A stretch of 64,000 bases of DNA from the NCBI GenBank assembly GCA_047495785.1, contig JBLDXI010000024.1, forward strand, positions 4,092,001 to 4,156,000, written 5' to 3'. Under the pieces are notes generated by a model. It made no database searches, was not told where the DNA came from, and saw nothing but the letters and a program-made list of their open reading frames with translations. Below, piece by piece: positions 11,075-21,680 of the stretch (position 1 is the stretch's first letter; each line of letters opens with the position of its first letter). The position numbers and the translations under genes were made by a program. This stretch comes from Lepidodermella squamata. Taxonomy: Eukaryota; Animalia; Gastrotricha.

Positions 11075-11870
11075 ATGTCGAAATTTCTAATTTTCAGCTT
11101 TTTTGCCGTGTTATTGCTGGTAGCTACAGTCGTCTATGCTCAGCCTCCAGGTCGGGCCTCGCCCATGAGCCATCATCATTCGATTTCAAGCAAGTCCTTT
11201 TTATTGACCATTCATTCGACATTCTAATACCAAAATTGAACCTGAAACCTAAAATCAGTCTATTTTGATTTAATCCGTACTTTTGACCCACAATCGAATA
11301 CGTTGAATTTTGTTTTCCATCTTGTTAACTAGGGTGTCCCAAAAGTAACCGAAAATATATGGCAATACCCAAACAAATTGTAGGAAATGAGAGGCGATGT
11401 CCTTTCCCATGGCCAGAAAATGGGAATGAAAATCTCGAATTACCGATATTTTACCGAAAATCCCTAATCATGCTAATCCCTAATCCGTTACCATGCTACG
11501 ATAAATTCCGCAGTTTTTCGGTTTGAAAGCAGATTAAGGATTGAGAATGGGGGATGCTCGTTTAAGGTTGAACTCCGAAAAAATTCGATACTTTTTCATC
11601 GAAAAAATTTGGCAGGGTTATGGGAAAATGGAAAAAAAATTCAATTCCATGCTTCTGAATTATCCATTTTAATTTTTTGTTATAACCTGTGTTCCGTTTT
11701 GGAGCAAAATTTATATTTCTGGTGTTATTACAGAAAAATCGACCGAACTGAACAGCGAGGAGCTGCGAATGTCTGATTTGCTGAGCCTAAACAACGTCTA
11801 CGACCCATCACCAGCTGAGGAAGTCGCCGAACCCAGTGAATCCAAGCGTCTTTATCAACGAATGGGCTGA
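11075..11870 (+). CDS. Putative neuropeptide precursor ending KR-LYQRM-G-stop; exons 11075-11150 and 11734-11870
   Basis: Signal peptide MSKFLIFSFFAVLLLVATVVYA; phase-1 intron 11151-11733; acidic spacer; dibasic KR; amidation Gly immediately before TGA; AATAAA about 60 bp downstream. Missing from the ORF track. Confidence 0.75.
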
Positions 11871-12125
11871 AAGCTAAGCAAAATATAATATTATATTAAA
11901 ATAATATCCATCTTGGCTTGCTGATTTTTAAAATAAAAAGCACACCCTGCATGATACAAGAGATCGGCGAGTTTTTATTCCTTTACCATTCATCAAATAA
12001 ATATTAGATATCAGCGGTATTATAATCAAATTTAATTTAATCACAAAAAATTGAAAAAAATGTATCACGAAAGATCAGATCAGTCACCTTAAAATGTCAG
12101 AATTCAGAGCAAATTTTAGTATTTT

Positions 12126-14362
12126 TCAAGCCATAGGAAGGCTAACGGGGCGTTTAGTGTTGCTGCTATCTCGCAGTTTCGCCGACTTTTGCGTCAGATC
12201 GCCCTGGTCTCTGTTGTTCGAATTCGTATTTTCGCTAATCAAGCTCAACGCGCCGAATGAGACTGATTTTTTAGGCGGCTCATTGTTCACAACAATCGGC
12301 TGTTTCGGAGTCATAGAGGCCGTTAAAGCGCTTCGCAACAACGGTGGAACTGCGGTGGTGGTTGGTTTTCGCGGCTGGGCTACAATTGGAGACGGCGACT
12401 GGGTTTTGCTGGCGAAAATTTGGCGCTTTTCAACGGCGATCGGCTGCTTTTCAAGCTCTTTAACGCTCGGCTTTTCAATCAATGTTTTCTGGTTGAACGC
12501 TGCAATAAAAATTAAAAAATCTCGTAAATAATCGAAAAATGCGAATCTACAACTCATTTGCACCATTTTATAAAACGAAATAAATAATTTAAATACTTTT
12601 CAAATTCTGAAAATGTAGGAAAATACTCAATAAGTAATTCTGTGCTATCAGTTCGCAAGATGCTGCATTAGTAACCCGGGGCAAAGCCTTTACAAATTTC
12701 CTGCGCTCAAAGATCAACGCTCCGATTGCACATCGATCATGCAATTGGAAATTTGCAATTAAAATTAAACGAATTTTAAAAAAATAAAAAACCTAAAAAA
12801 ATATTCGAGGCTGCCAGGAGTCGAACCTGGAATCTTCTGATCCGTAGTCAGACGCGTTGTCCATTGCGCCACAACCCCGCTATGATTAAGAACTTTTTTA
12901 CAGGACCAAACCGGACTCGGGCAAAAAAAATACATGACCGTGTACTAAACCTATAGCGCTATTGAAGTCCATTACAAATAATGCATTCCTGGCACTAAAT
13001 TTAATTCCTTGCAATTGAGGCTCTTTCTTTCCTAATTGATACTAATGCTTAGGTTAAAGCCTCTCAAGCTGCTTGAAATGCTTCAAAGTTTAAAATGAGG
13101 AATTATAACGTCGCTGAGTTCAACGGACCATATTTTAGCGGACCAGTGTTTCGGACTAGGTTGGAGGTGTGCCATATGATTAGTCGATTTCCCCTGAAAA
13201 GTGCCATCCTATGACCAACTATGCACACCTGAGCTATTTAGCCTCACTCTAGCGGTTGCAAACATCCAAGTACTGCAACTTGATTAGGTCCGCTAAATTG
13301 GGTCCGGCGAGTTCAACAAAGCCAGGGTTTTTGGAACTCAGCGGACCGCTCTGTTTAAAGCATCCCCCTATTAAGATGGAATGCAAGTGTGGGTCACAAT
13401 TGGTCTCATTAGATGCGCCAAACCTTGCCGCACACTTCGATGGTATATACATGACTAGGATATAAGGGGTGATTAGTGTGGTCCGCCAAGAAATGGTCCG
13501 TTGAACTCAGCGATATTCATAAATTCGAATTTCTCAGAAAATTAATTTAACAAAATATCTGCAAAACTCACGTTTGTAGAGAACATTTCGGAAGGTGACT
13601 TTGGGCATCAAAGCCGTGACAAAATCAACAATGGTCGCATACTGGGCTTTATCGGCGTCGCTGTTCCACAAATGAACAACGTCTTCGTTTTCACGCACGC
13701 CAACGCTCAGTCCAACAAGTTTGTCACCTAAAATCGGAGAAAAAAATGATAGATATTTTCGATAAAATGAAACAAATAAATCCTGAAGTTGGAACGTACC
13801 TTTCAAAACACAATGATCCAACTCGCCAGTAACCAGCGATTCGAGAAGTACTCGCCAAACGTGTTCCTAAAGTTGAAAAAAGTTATGTCATGAGATATGA
13901 TTGAAAAATTAGCATTAGATAAAATTGCTGGCATTTTCAAATTTTCAAATTTCAACTTGATTAGAAGTGAATCTTTCAGATTTTCGGATTCCAATTTTCG
14001 TTATCAAAATGCGAAACTCGTAAAGTCAAAATAATCAAAAACGAAGAATTTTGAAACGAAGATGGACTCACCGTATCATAAGGATTGCAGCGAAAAGTCC
14101 AGGTTCCACCAGCGCTATTTTCCTCGTCTTCCCAAACCGGTCGTCTTTTGCCGAGCATAAAGTGATAACTGTAGCGCGTATTCAACTGACTGGCAGGCAG
14201 CATTTGTTCGCAAATCACTTGGAGGACTTGCATCGACGAAATGGAATAAATCTGCCGAAGACCGGCCGTAAATTGCGATGTTGACGCTCGTTTCACAGAA
14301 TGGTCCAGCCACAACGTCCACGGCTCATCGAAAATCATTGAATTTTCGTCAGAAGCAGCCAT
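12126..14362 (-). CDS. EIF4E3: Divergent class III cap-binding protein eIF4E3 with a long C-terminal extension; exons 14362-14072, 13866-13800, 13727-13572, 12499-12126
   Basis: Motifs WTLWLD, SYHFMLGKRRPVWEDEENSAGGTW, VWRVLL, VGLSVGVRENEDVVHLWN and VLYKP align with eIF4E3. All three GT-AG introns are phase-consistent. Confidence 0.85.
12806..12878 (-). tRNA. tRNA-Arg(ACG), identical to 8156-8228, inside the last eIF4E3 intron
   Basis: Exact reverse complement of the 8156 copy, including the flank GTTCTTAATCATAGC. Confidence 0.95.
13111..13513. mobile_element. MITE with about 35-bp TIRs in an eIF4E3 intron
   Basis: TCGCTGAGTTCAACGGACCAT...GCGGACCA at the left end and its reverse complement at the right; internal GGTCCGC/GCGGACC motifs. 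TSD not resolved. Confidence 0.75.
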
Positions 14363-14472
14363 CTTTTTCATCAACAAACAAACAAAACAACTAGAAATCA
14401 TCGGAGAAATAATCATGCAAAATTTTACATTAAAAAATCGTACAAAATAATACTGAAAAATAGAGCAATTCG

Positions 14473-15967
14473 TTATTTTTGGACCATTTTCATCAAAGCT
14501 CGAGTAGTAAAAGATTTCGGTCGCTCAAGCGGTAAATTCAACGCTCGGTCCCAGATTAAATTCGACAAAATTCCAATCGATCTGGAAACCGCGAAAATAA
14601 CCGGGTAGAATTCGCGTTCTTTCAAACCGAAATGCGCAAAAATTCCAGGCAATTGAGCCGTAACATTCGGCCAAGGATTGTCCCGCAATTCCGGACTCCC
14701 GTATTTGTTCAAAATCGGCGGAACAATGCAAAATAATCGAGCGGCTAACTTCAAATACGGATCATTTTCGATCAACCTATGCTTTACCGCAAAATCTCGG
14801 ATAGCCATGTATCTCGGGTCGGGTTGGTGTAAAAACGGGTGGCCGTAGCCCGGAATTGTTCCATTCATTTTTATATAATCTTCAACAAAGGTAGCTAAAA
14901 CATTCTCAGACGGGTCGAGGCCGAACTCAGATAAAACTTGATCAAACCAGGCGGAAACTTGCAAGCTTTTCGACCCATGCAAAGGTCCGGCGATTCCGGA
15001 AAACCCGGCTGATAAAGCTAGGAACGGGTCTGATAAAGCCGACCCGACTAGGCGAGAAGCATGAGCGCTGACATTACTAGCCTCATGATCGGCCATAATG
15101 GTCAGGTAAAGCCGCATAAAATCGTGGAAAATTTCACTTTGGAAACCCAGCATTTCAGCGAAATTTTTCGCCCAGTCTGAATCAGGGTCATTTTCAGGCA
15201 CGGGATCGCCGTCATGGTAGATATTCCGGTAAATTGTAGCAGCGATTCGGGGAAGTTTTGCTATAATGTTCAACGAATCTTCGAAAGCATACTCCCAGTG
15301 CTTTTCTTTGCCAACGCCACTGTGGTAAGCATTGGCAAAAGCTGATTCGTTACTCAGCGACGACATGCAAATGGCCAATTGAGTGATAGGGCTCAAATAA
15401 GTTGGCAGATCGCTGAGCAATTTAACAACGTCGTCTGGTAATCGCGATCGAAGAGCCAATTCTGAGGACAGTTCGTGAACTTGCTGTGTGTTAGGCAGGT
15501 CTTTTGATAGCAGTAGCCATAGCATGCCCTCTGGCATTGGTTCTGAGCCACCAGGAGCCCAGGGTAGAAACTGGCGAACTTCGACGACACTTCGGCCACG
15601 GAATTTCACGCCGATATTAGCGTCCATTATCGATGTATCCGAAACAATCCCTCGAAGGCCATGCATTCCATCGTAAATCTTTTTAAAACGAAAGGTTACT
15701 TCGCAGCAGAATGGTTATTCATGTTACCATGTCAATCGTTATATCTCCAATGTTTGTTTTGCCATGACGACTCAAGAACTGTGAGATGACTTTACGTTCT
15801 TCGGTGATGCGCTTTGCTAGTTCCCGGTTCAAGCTCTAATAGGGTGAAATGAGTAAGTTATCACTAAATTATGAAACTCTTACCGGATAAGCTGATTCCG
15901 TGAACAAAAGGTTACCACTTCGCAGCTTTGCGGAAAAATTGCGAAGTATACGATTGAAAAACGACAT
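14473..15967 (-). CDS. CS: Mitochondrial-type citrate synthase paralogue with catalytic Asp replaced by Thr; exons 15967-15884, 15835-15728, 15678-14473
   Basis: Arg-rich N-terminal presequence; motifs EPMPEGMLWLL, DHEASNVSAH, AGPLHG, PGYGH, DPRY, NPWPNV and LERPKS. Confidence 0.9.
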
Positions 15968-17857
15968 TGTGGACAGAATTAAAGCCTACATTCAATTAAC
16001 AATACAGTAACAGGAAGCCATTTTATTCCCTTAGTTGATTACAGCATCGATAAGAGTAAGAACTGTTGCTTTCTGATGTCATAGCTACTGAGATCATACA
16101 AATAAACTAAGTATGAAGGCTGACGAAATAAGACGAGGCGGTGAGATTAGGGAAACGCAGAGCAAACCATAGAATACAGGGATTCTTACATCAAAGTTTA
16201 CGAATGGGAAGAGGGAAGAGAAATTTGAAAAGTTTTCGTATGAGGACCTACGCCTTAAGTATGGTGAGAATGTAATGTTGTAGTAAAAACAAAGCTATGA
16301 ACATCGTTTGAAGTGTTGGCTGACGCCATAGATATAATTCAGTAGAGATCGCCCACTCGCGTGAAAAAGGGTGTACTCCATGGGCGCCAGATGGTCAGCT
16401 GATTCATCAGAGGCTTGGAGGCCAAGTAAACAAAATATTCGATTCGTTTTTTGTTTGTTCCGATCGAAGTTTAACAATTTTAAAAAAGTTTGTTGATGGT
16501 TCCAGATAGGTGACATTACAAGGAACATGCTGGTTATTTTTCCAAAATTTTGGAGCAATATGCACCACAGTCGTGCAAACAGTCAATCCACAATAAATAT
16601 TTCAAAATGTAGACGAAGTACTTTACATACCACAATTATGATGCTCTTGGTTACGCAACACAGAAGCCAGAACAGCTCAGGGAGATCAGGGCGAAGTTTG
16701 ATTTCGATTCCATTCCAAAACATTTTCAAAATTCCCGCGCTAATTCATCAAAACACACAAAACTAATTGAAATTTAACTTGAATATATTTCGGTCAGACA
16801 CAACATTTGTCAGTCAAGATCATATCTAGTTTTGACCACGTGACTGGCTGTCACCTGATTCATCCTGTTTTCGGGGGCCATTATTCTAGGCGGGGCCCCG
16901 ACTTCGTACGTCTCGCCTCTCGTTTCTGGTTGTCTCTGCTACTCAATACTCCATACTCCTCTCTCTAACCAAACACTAACACACGTGAGCTTGGTCTTTA
17001 GGGAACAGATTTCTATTAGCAAAATTTGTTAGCAAGCCTAATCTAATGGTCTTTTCACTTTCAGCTACTTGTCCTGTCACAAGTGCAGACGTGGTTGGCG
17101 CTTTTATCAATAGCAGTAAATCCGCATAATATTCGCAAGCGTTGATACAGAATATGAAGAGATGGCATTGCAGCATTCTTGACAAAAAAGGCGTCAGACG
17201 TCAGATTGACAACTTATGATTGTTTTAAACCTTAGACTTAACTAGCTTGCGTCTGGCTTCAAAGCCAGCAAGAAGATTCGGAAAGGAAGCTTCAATATTT
17301 AGAATTTCCAAAGAAAGAATCTGAGCAGTCAACAATACGTCAATCTGTTTATTTCTATTGCCGGACAGACCTGACAGGGGATGCTGGCTGTACTTATACC
17401 AGATGAAAGATGTTCAAGGCCGAACCGTATCTCGGTCAATTTTAAAACTATTGAAATTAGATTGGCCAAATGTTGGCTGTCATCGGCCAAATGCAGTTTG
17501 CTATAACACCGCGAGAACATTGTTGACATTCAAATATCTAACCTTACTCACTTGCATCACTGATGAAAAGCCAAAAACGTATGAGTTTATCACGATTAAT
17601 GGGCTCCATTTGTCTAAATAGCGGGTCTGAGGTTATCACTAATGTAAGCTTTCTTGCTCGGAAGGGCTACAGATGCAAGACGGAGCGAGTGATACAATGG
17701 GGACCTGACGCTCTAGGTCTGGTTTACTAACCACTTTCGACGCCCTGAACTATGAAACTAACGCCTTGTCTTGTCGCAATCGAATTAAGCAGTTGATTCT
17801 CAGTCTTTAATTAATTTCATGTTTCTTAGAATTTTAAAAGTCTAATTAAGCCTTGAA

Positions 17858-18046
17858 ATGATCAACTCAGTGATTTCGCAAAACTTGTTGGTGGCGATTT
17901 TGTTCGCCCTGATCGCCCTGGTTCAGCCGGTCAGCGCGTTCGACGCCGGCGACGCTATCGCCCTGGTCCTCGGCCTGATGCTCGGTTTCTTCGGCATCTT
18001 CGCCTGCATTGGCGTATACGCCAGGAAACGTGGCTCTCAAATCTAA
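17858..18046 (+). CDS. SMIM30: Small integral membrane protein 30-like microprotein (62 aa)
   Basis: DAGDAIALVLGLMLGFFGIFACIGVYARKR closely matches SMIM30 (EAGDAIALLLG...ACLGVYARKR). Confidence 0.85.
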   Translation: MINSVISQNLLVAILFALIALVQPVSAFDAGDAIALVLGLMLGFFGIFACIGVYARKRGSQI

Positions 18047-18315
18047 CCAACTCGCGATGTTTAGCTGTAAATCGATTAATTGTTGCTGTACGAAATTGTG
18101 TAGCGGTGCTGCTTCGACCAGACATGCATGAATTTGACTATTTTTATACTAGTCTTTCACAGAGACGATCCAAGATTGATTTTGCTTCTTCTTGCATTAT
18201 TATTATACCTACTTAATTCGCTTATTCGCTATATTTATGCTGATCATTCTCGCCAGATTAAAGGATTGATTTTAAGCTGACTCTGGTCGATAAATTGTGA
18301 GGAAAAAATAAAATG

Positions 18316-19730
18316 TCATGATTTATTTCCGTTCACTTCGTACATTTTTTTCGTGAAAGTCAACCAATAATCTGTGAAATTGAAGTCGAAATTTTCAGTC
18401 AGGACATTAGCTAGAGGTAGCAGTTGTTCGAAGCCTGTTTTCGTTATCGGGGCATCAGGCGGGCCGTGAGCATCGTGAGCTGAAAGCAGTTTTTCCTTTG
18501 TTGCATCGGGAGGGGCCCATTCAGCTCGAATCCATCGAAATTCCATAGGACTTTCACGAGATTTTCTCAGCGACAGCCGACAAGATCGAGTTTTAGGAGC
18601 AGCAGCTCGCCATAGGCCAATTTTAGCACTAATCAACCGCTAGATAATGAAAAATGAATTTACAAATATTTCAGAGGAATTTACACTGACCTGATCAAAA
18701 AACCATTTTCCATTCACCCCTCGGGACATGTTGACGGGTTTCGAACCGAATTCATCCTCAACAACTTTCCAAATTCGATCGACGATGTTAGACGCGTTTG
18801 AGTATCTCGGATAACCCATAACAGTCCGCCAAGTTGAAACTCTCATCCCAATCGTAGCCATCGGAAACATTCTAAGGAAAAATTCAAAAATTGAATAAAA
18901 AAAATTGAAAATAAAAGTTACCTGTACGCTTTTCCTCGGTGATTTATTACATAACAGCACCACGCATCAGTGATTCTAATATCAGCCGTGGATGGCAGGG
19001 CGTAAATATCCTCATTAATCGGCAAAATATCGACATCGCTAGTCACCAGATACGTATCAGGTTCGTTTTTGAAGGGCTCGATATCAGCCGCGAAAATTCT
19101 CGCGAGTTGAGCCAGTCCAGATTTGAGCTCGCTACTCGTCTCTAGAAACACAATTTCCGCACCATGGGCCGATAAAATTTGCCGAACTAGGCTCAAGGGT
19201 GATGATTCATCGAACCAAGGCTGCTTCTCGCCAGTTATCATCACACATGATTCGAAGCCGATTCTCTTCCAAGCTAAGAAAAAATTCAAGAATTTTCTAA
19301 CTTCTTTATCGATTTTTGAATTACCTAACATTGTGACTGGCAAGTAGAATGCGTAGGAATTTTGCCATTGGCTGGTTAAATCTTCCAAATCGAGAAAATC
19401 TGGCGTGCTGGCCGAAAAAACGGCCACTTTTCGCGTCGGTTTCGGCCTGTCTTCGTTGCAATTGAACAATTTTTCATCCCAAGGTTTCGGCTTATAAATC
19501 GGGATTGTTGTAGTCGGAATCGCTTCTGTAGCCTCAACAGTATGAAGTCGAGCGAAAAAGCTGTTTTCTGTTGTAGTTTCCACGATTTTAAAAACCGAGT
19601 TAGTTTCAGCTCTTCCCGAGCCCCAAGTTGAGATAAAGAGATAAGTTCCGATTGAAGCGCATACGAAAATGCCGAAATAGAAAGCTGGAAAAATTAATCG
19701 ATGGTTTTTCAGGAAAAGTCCAGCCAACAT
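18316..19730 (-). CDS. Type II membrane glycosyltransferase-like protein (DxD motif); exons 19730-19325, 19273-18922, 18871-18691, 18639-18316
   Basis: N-terminal signal anchor, Thr-rich stem, YLVTSDVDILP DxD motif, WFFDQ and a C-terminal DAH. Introns are phase-consistent. Confidence 0.65.
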
Positions 19731-19942
19731 TGCATGTTGTAATCGTCACTTATGAATATCGCCGCACAGTTTCTTTCAACAATTTCATGGCATTGAGCCT
19801 CATTTTCAATAACTGCTGAATAAGGTCTCGCATTTGATTCATTTTTATTCAGAATGAAACACGCGGGCTACAAAATGTTAAGAAAAGAATAACATGAAAA
19901 GAATACGATAAGAGAATCAAAGAATTGAGGTAAAAATGTTCC

Positions 19943-21680
19943 TCATTTTTTGCGGACAATGAGCGCAAATTTACGCGTTCCGCATCTGAATCTGAAAATT
20001 TTGAAATTTTCAAAAAAAAAATTAATCAAAAATCAAGGACGCTTATACCTGATGTGGTCGCGAATGGTGTTGGGTGGCTTGTTAACTTCCGACAGTTGGC
20101 AGTCTTCGACTTCAAAATTTTTCCAATCGCTGATCACAATTACTGACCCTGGCAAAATAATTCATAAAATTTTTCATTAATTTAAAAAAAATATAAAAAA
20201 TAAAACAGTTTTTAATTAATTTCATGAATAATTTTAGGAATTTAAAAAATATTCAAATTAGTATTTGATCAATTTTTCTCACCTTTGCCATCAATATTTT
20301 CGGGTCGATAGGAACTGATTTCCATCAGCAATTCGCCGTATTCATTCGCCTGCCTGAGCCAATCCGGCGATCCGCAAATCTCAACCGCAAATTTCGCATC
20401 CTCAAACGATCGAACCCGCGGCAAAGTTCGAAATCTGTCCGGCTGAGCTCGCAACACGCAAATATTCAGCGTTGGGTACAATTCGTCATTCATTCGCAAA
20501 GCGTCTTGAAAATACGACTCAGCTTTGTGGCCATTTTTCTCCTTGTACGTCGCATATCCCAGCCCAACAACATCAACAACGACCAACTCAGGTATCAAGC
20601 CGTATTTCGCGCCGATATTAGACCTCAACGCGTTGTAGACGAACAAATCTTGATTCGTGAAATTTATCGGTTCCCCAGTTTTGTCCAGTCCATGAAAATC
20701 GGTTGAAAACGTCAAAATCGATCGATTTTCGAATTTTGGCGAGTTCAGCAAATCGCTGTAATTTTTCGCCAGAGCCTCAACATATTGGCAATATCCGATC
20801 GGGTCATTCATCCGAGGAATCGATTTACCAATCGATCTTGAAATCGAATAATGGAGCAGGACGCAATTCCCAGATTTTATCGATTCGATTTCGCGGAAAC
20901 ATTCGTTGAAAAATGCGGCGGCTTTCGATTTTAAATAACCGGGTTTCGTCGCGACTTTCCAGCTAGCATCGCCGATTCCTAGGCTCAAATCACCGCCTTC
21001 GTAACCGCAGTTTAAAAATATCAATATCGAAATTGGCCATTGATTTTCTGGGTGGAAAAATCGATCGCGAGTCAATTTCGCCCCCTCGCGAAGAATTAGC
21101 ATCGATTTCAAACTGGCCTCGATTGGACCCTCGAAAACAACATCCAAGTTAGGGAAGAAATTTTTCGTAAAATCGAACATTAATTCGCTCCGAAAAGAAT
21201 CCGTGAATAAATTCGACCAATTTTCGTCCTGAGAAAAATCGATTTTTTTCGCATCGATTTCCATCAAATTCGATTTCGGGTTATTTCCGATGATTTCTTG
21301 AAGAAATAACGATTCTTCGAGTGGATAGGCGAGTTTGTGACCCACGGTTTCGCCCATCGGCGCGTGGTCGAGAGTGGCGTCGACAAAGTATTCGAAATTC
21401 GGGCTGCATCCTTTTCCGGGCTTGTCGGCTTTGTTTGCCATATTATTATTGTAGAATGATTCATTCCAAATTTCATCCGTATTTTTGTTCAAAAATTCAA
21501 GAATTCGCCGCTTACTATCGTTTTGATTACCACTAGCATTGTGAATAACAAAAAAGGAAAATTACTAAAAATCGCGTTTCAATGAAAAAGATATTAAAAT
21601 TTATTGGCTAATTTTGAATTTTCGAAATGGAAATGAGCTAACGAAATGAACAGAAGAAACTTACTTTTTGGAGCTGTCAT
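19943..21680 (-). CDS. Tandem family copy 1: 2OG-Fe(II) oxygenase-like fold without metal ligands (start exon uncertain)
   Basis: Main exon about 20284-21535 with WPISILIFLNCGYEGGDL and FFNECFREIESIKSG. Short downstream exons near 20050-20147 and 19943-19991 are homologous to those of copies 3 and 4. Confidence 0.65.

Noticed and set aside
16295-16730. Possible two-exon minus-strand ORF of about 72 aa
   Set aside because: Splice sites are plausible but there is no recognisable homology; it may be UTR or non-coding.
17200-17750. Box C/D-like motifs (TGATGA near 17561, CTGA near 17627) upstream of SMIM30
   Set aside because: No convincing terminal stem and no rRNA or snRNA guide of 10 nt or more identified by eye; snoscan would be needed.
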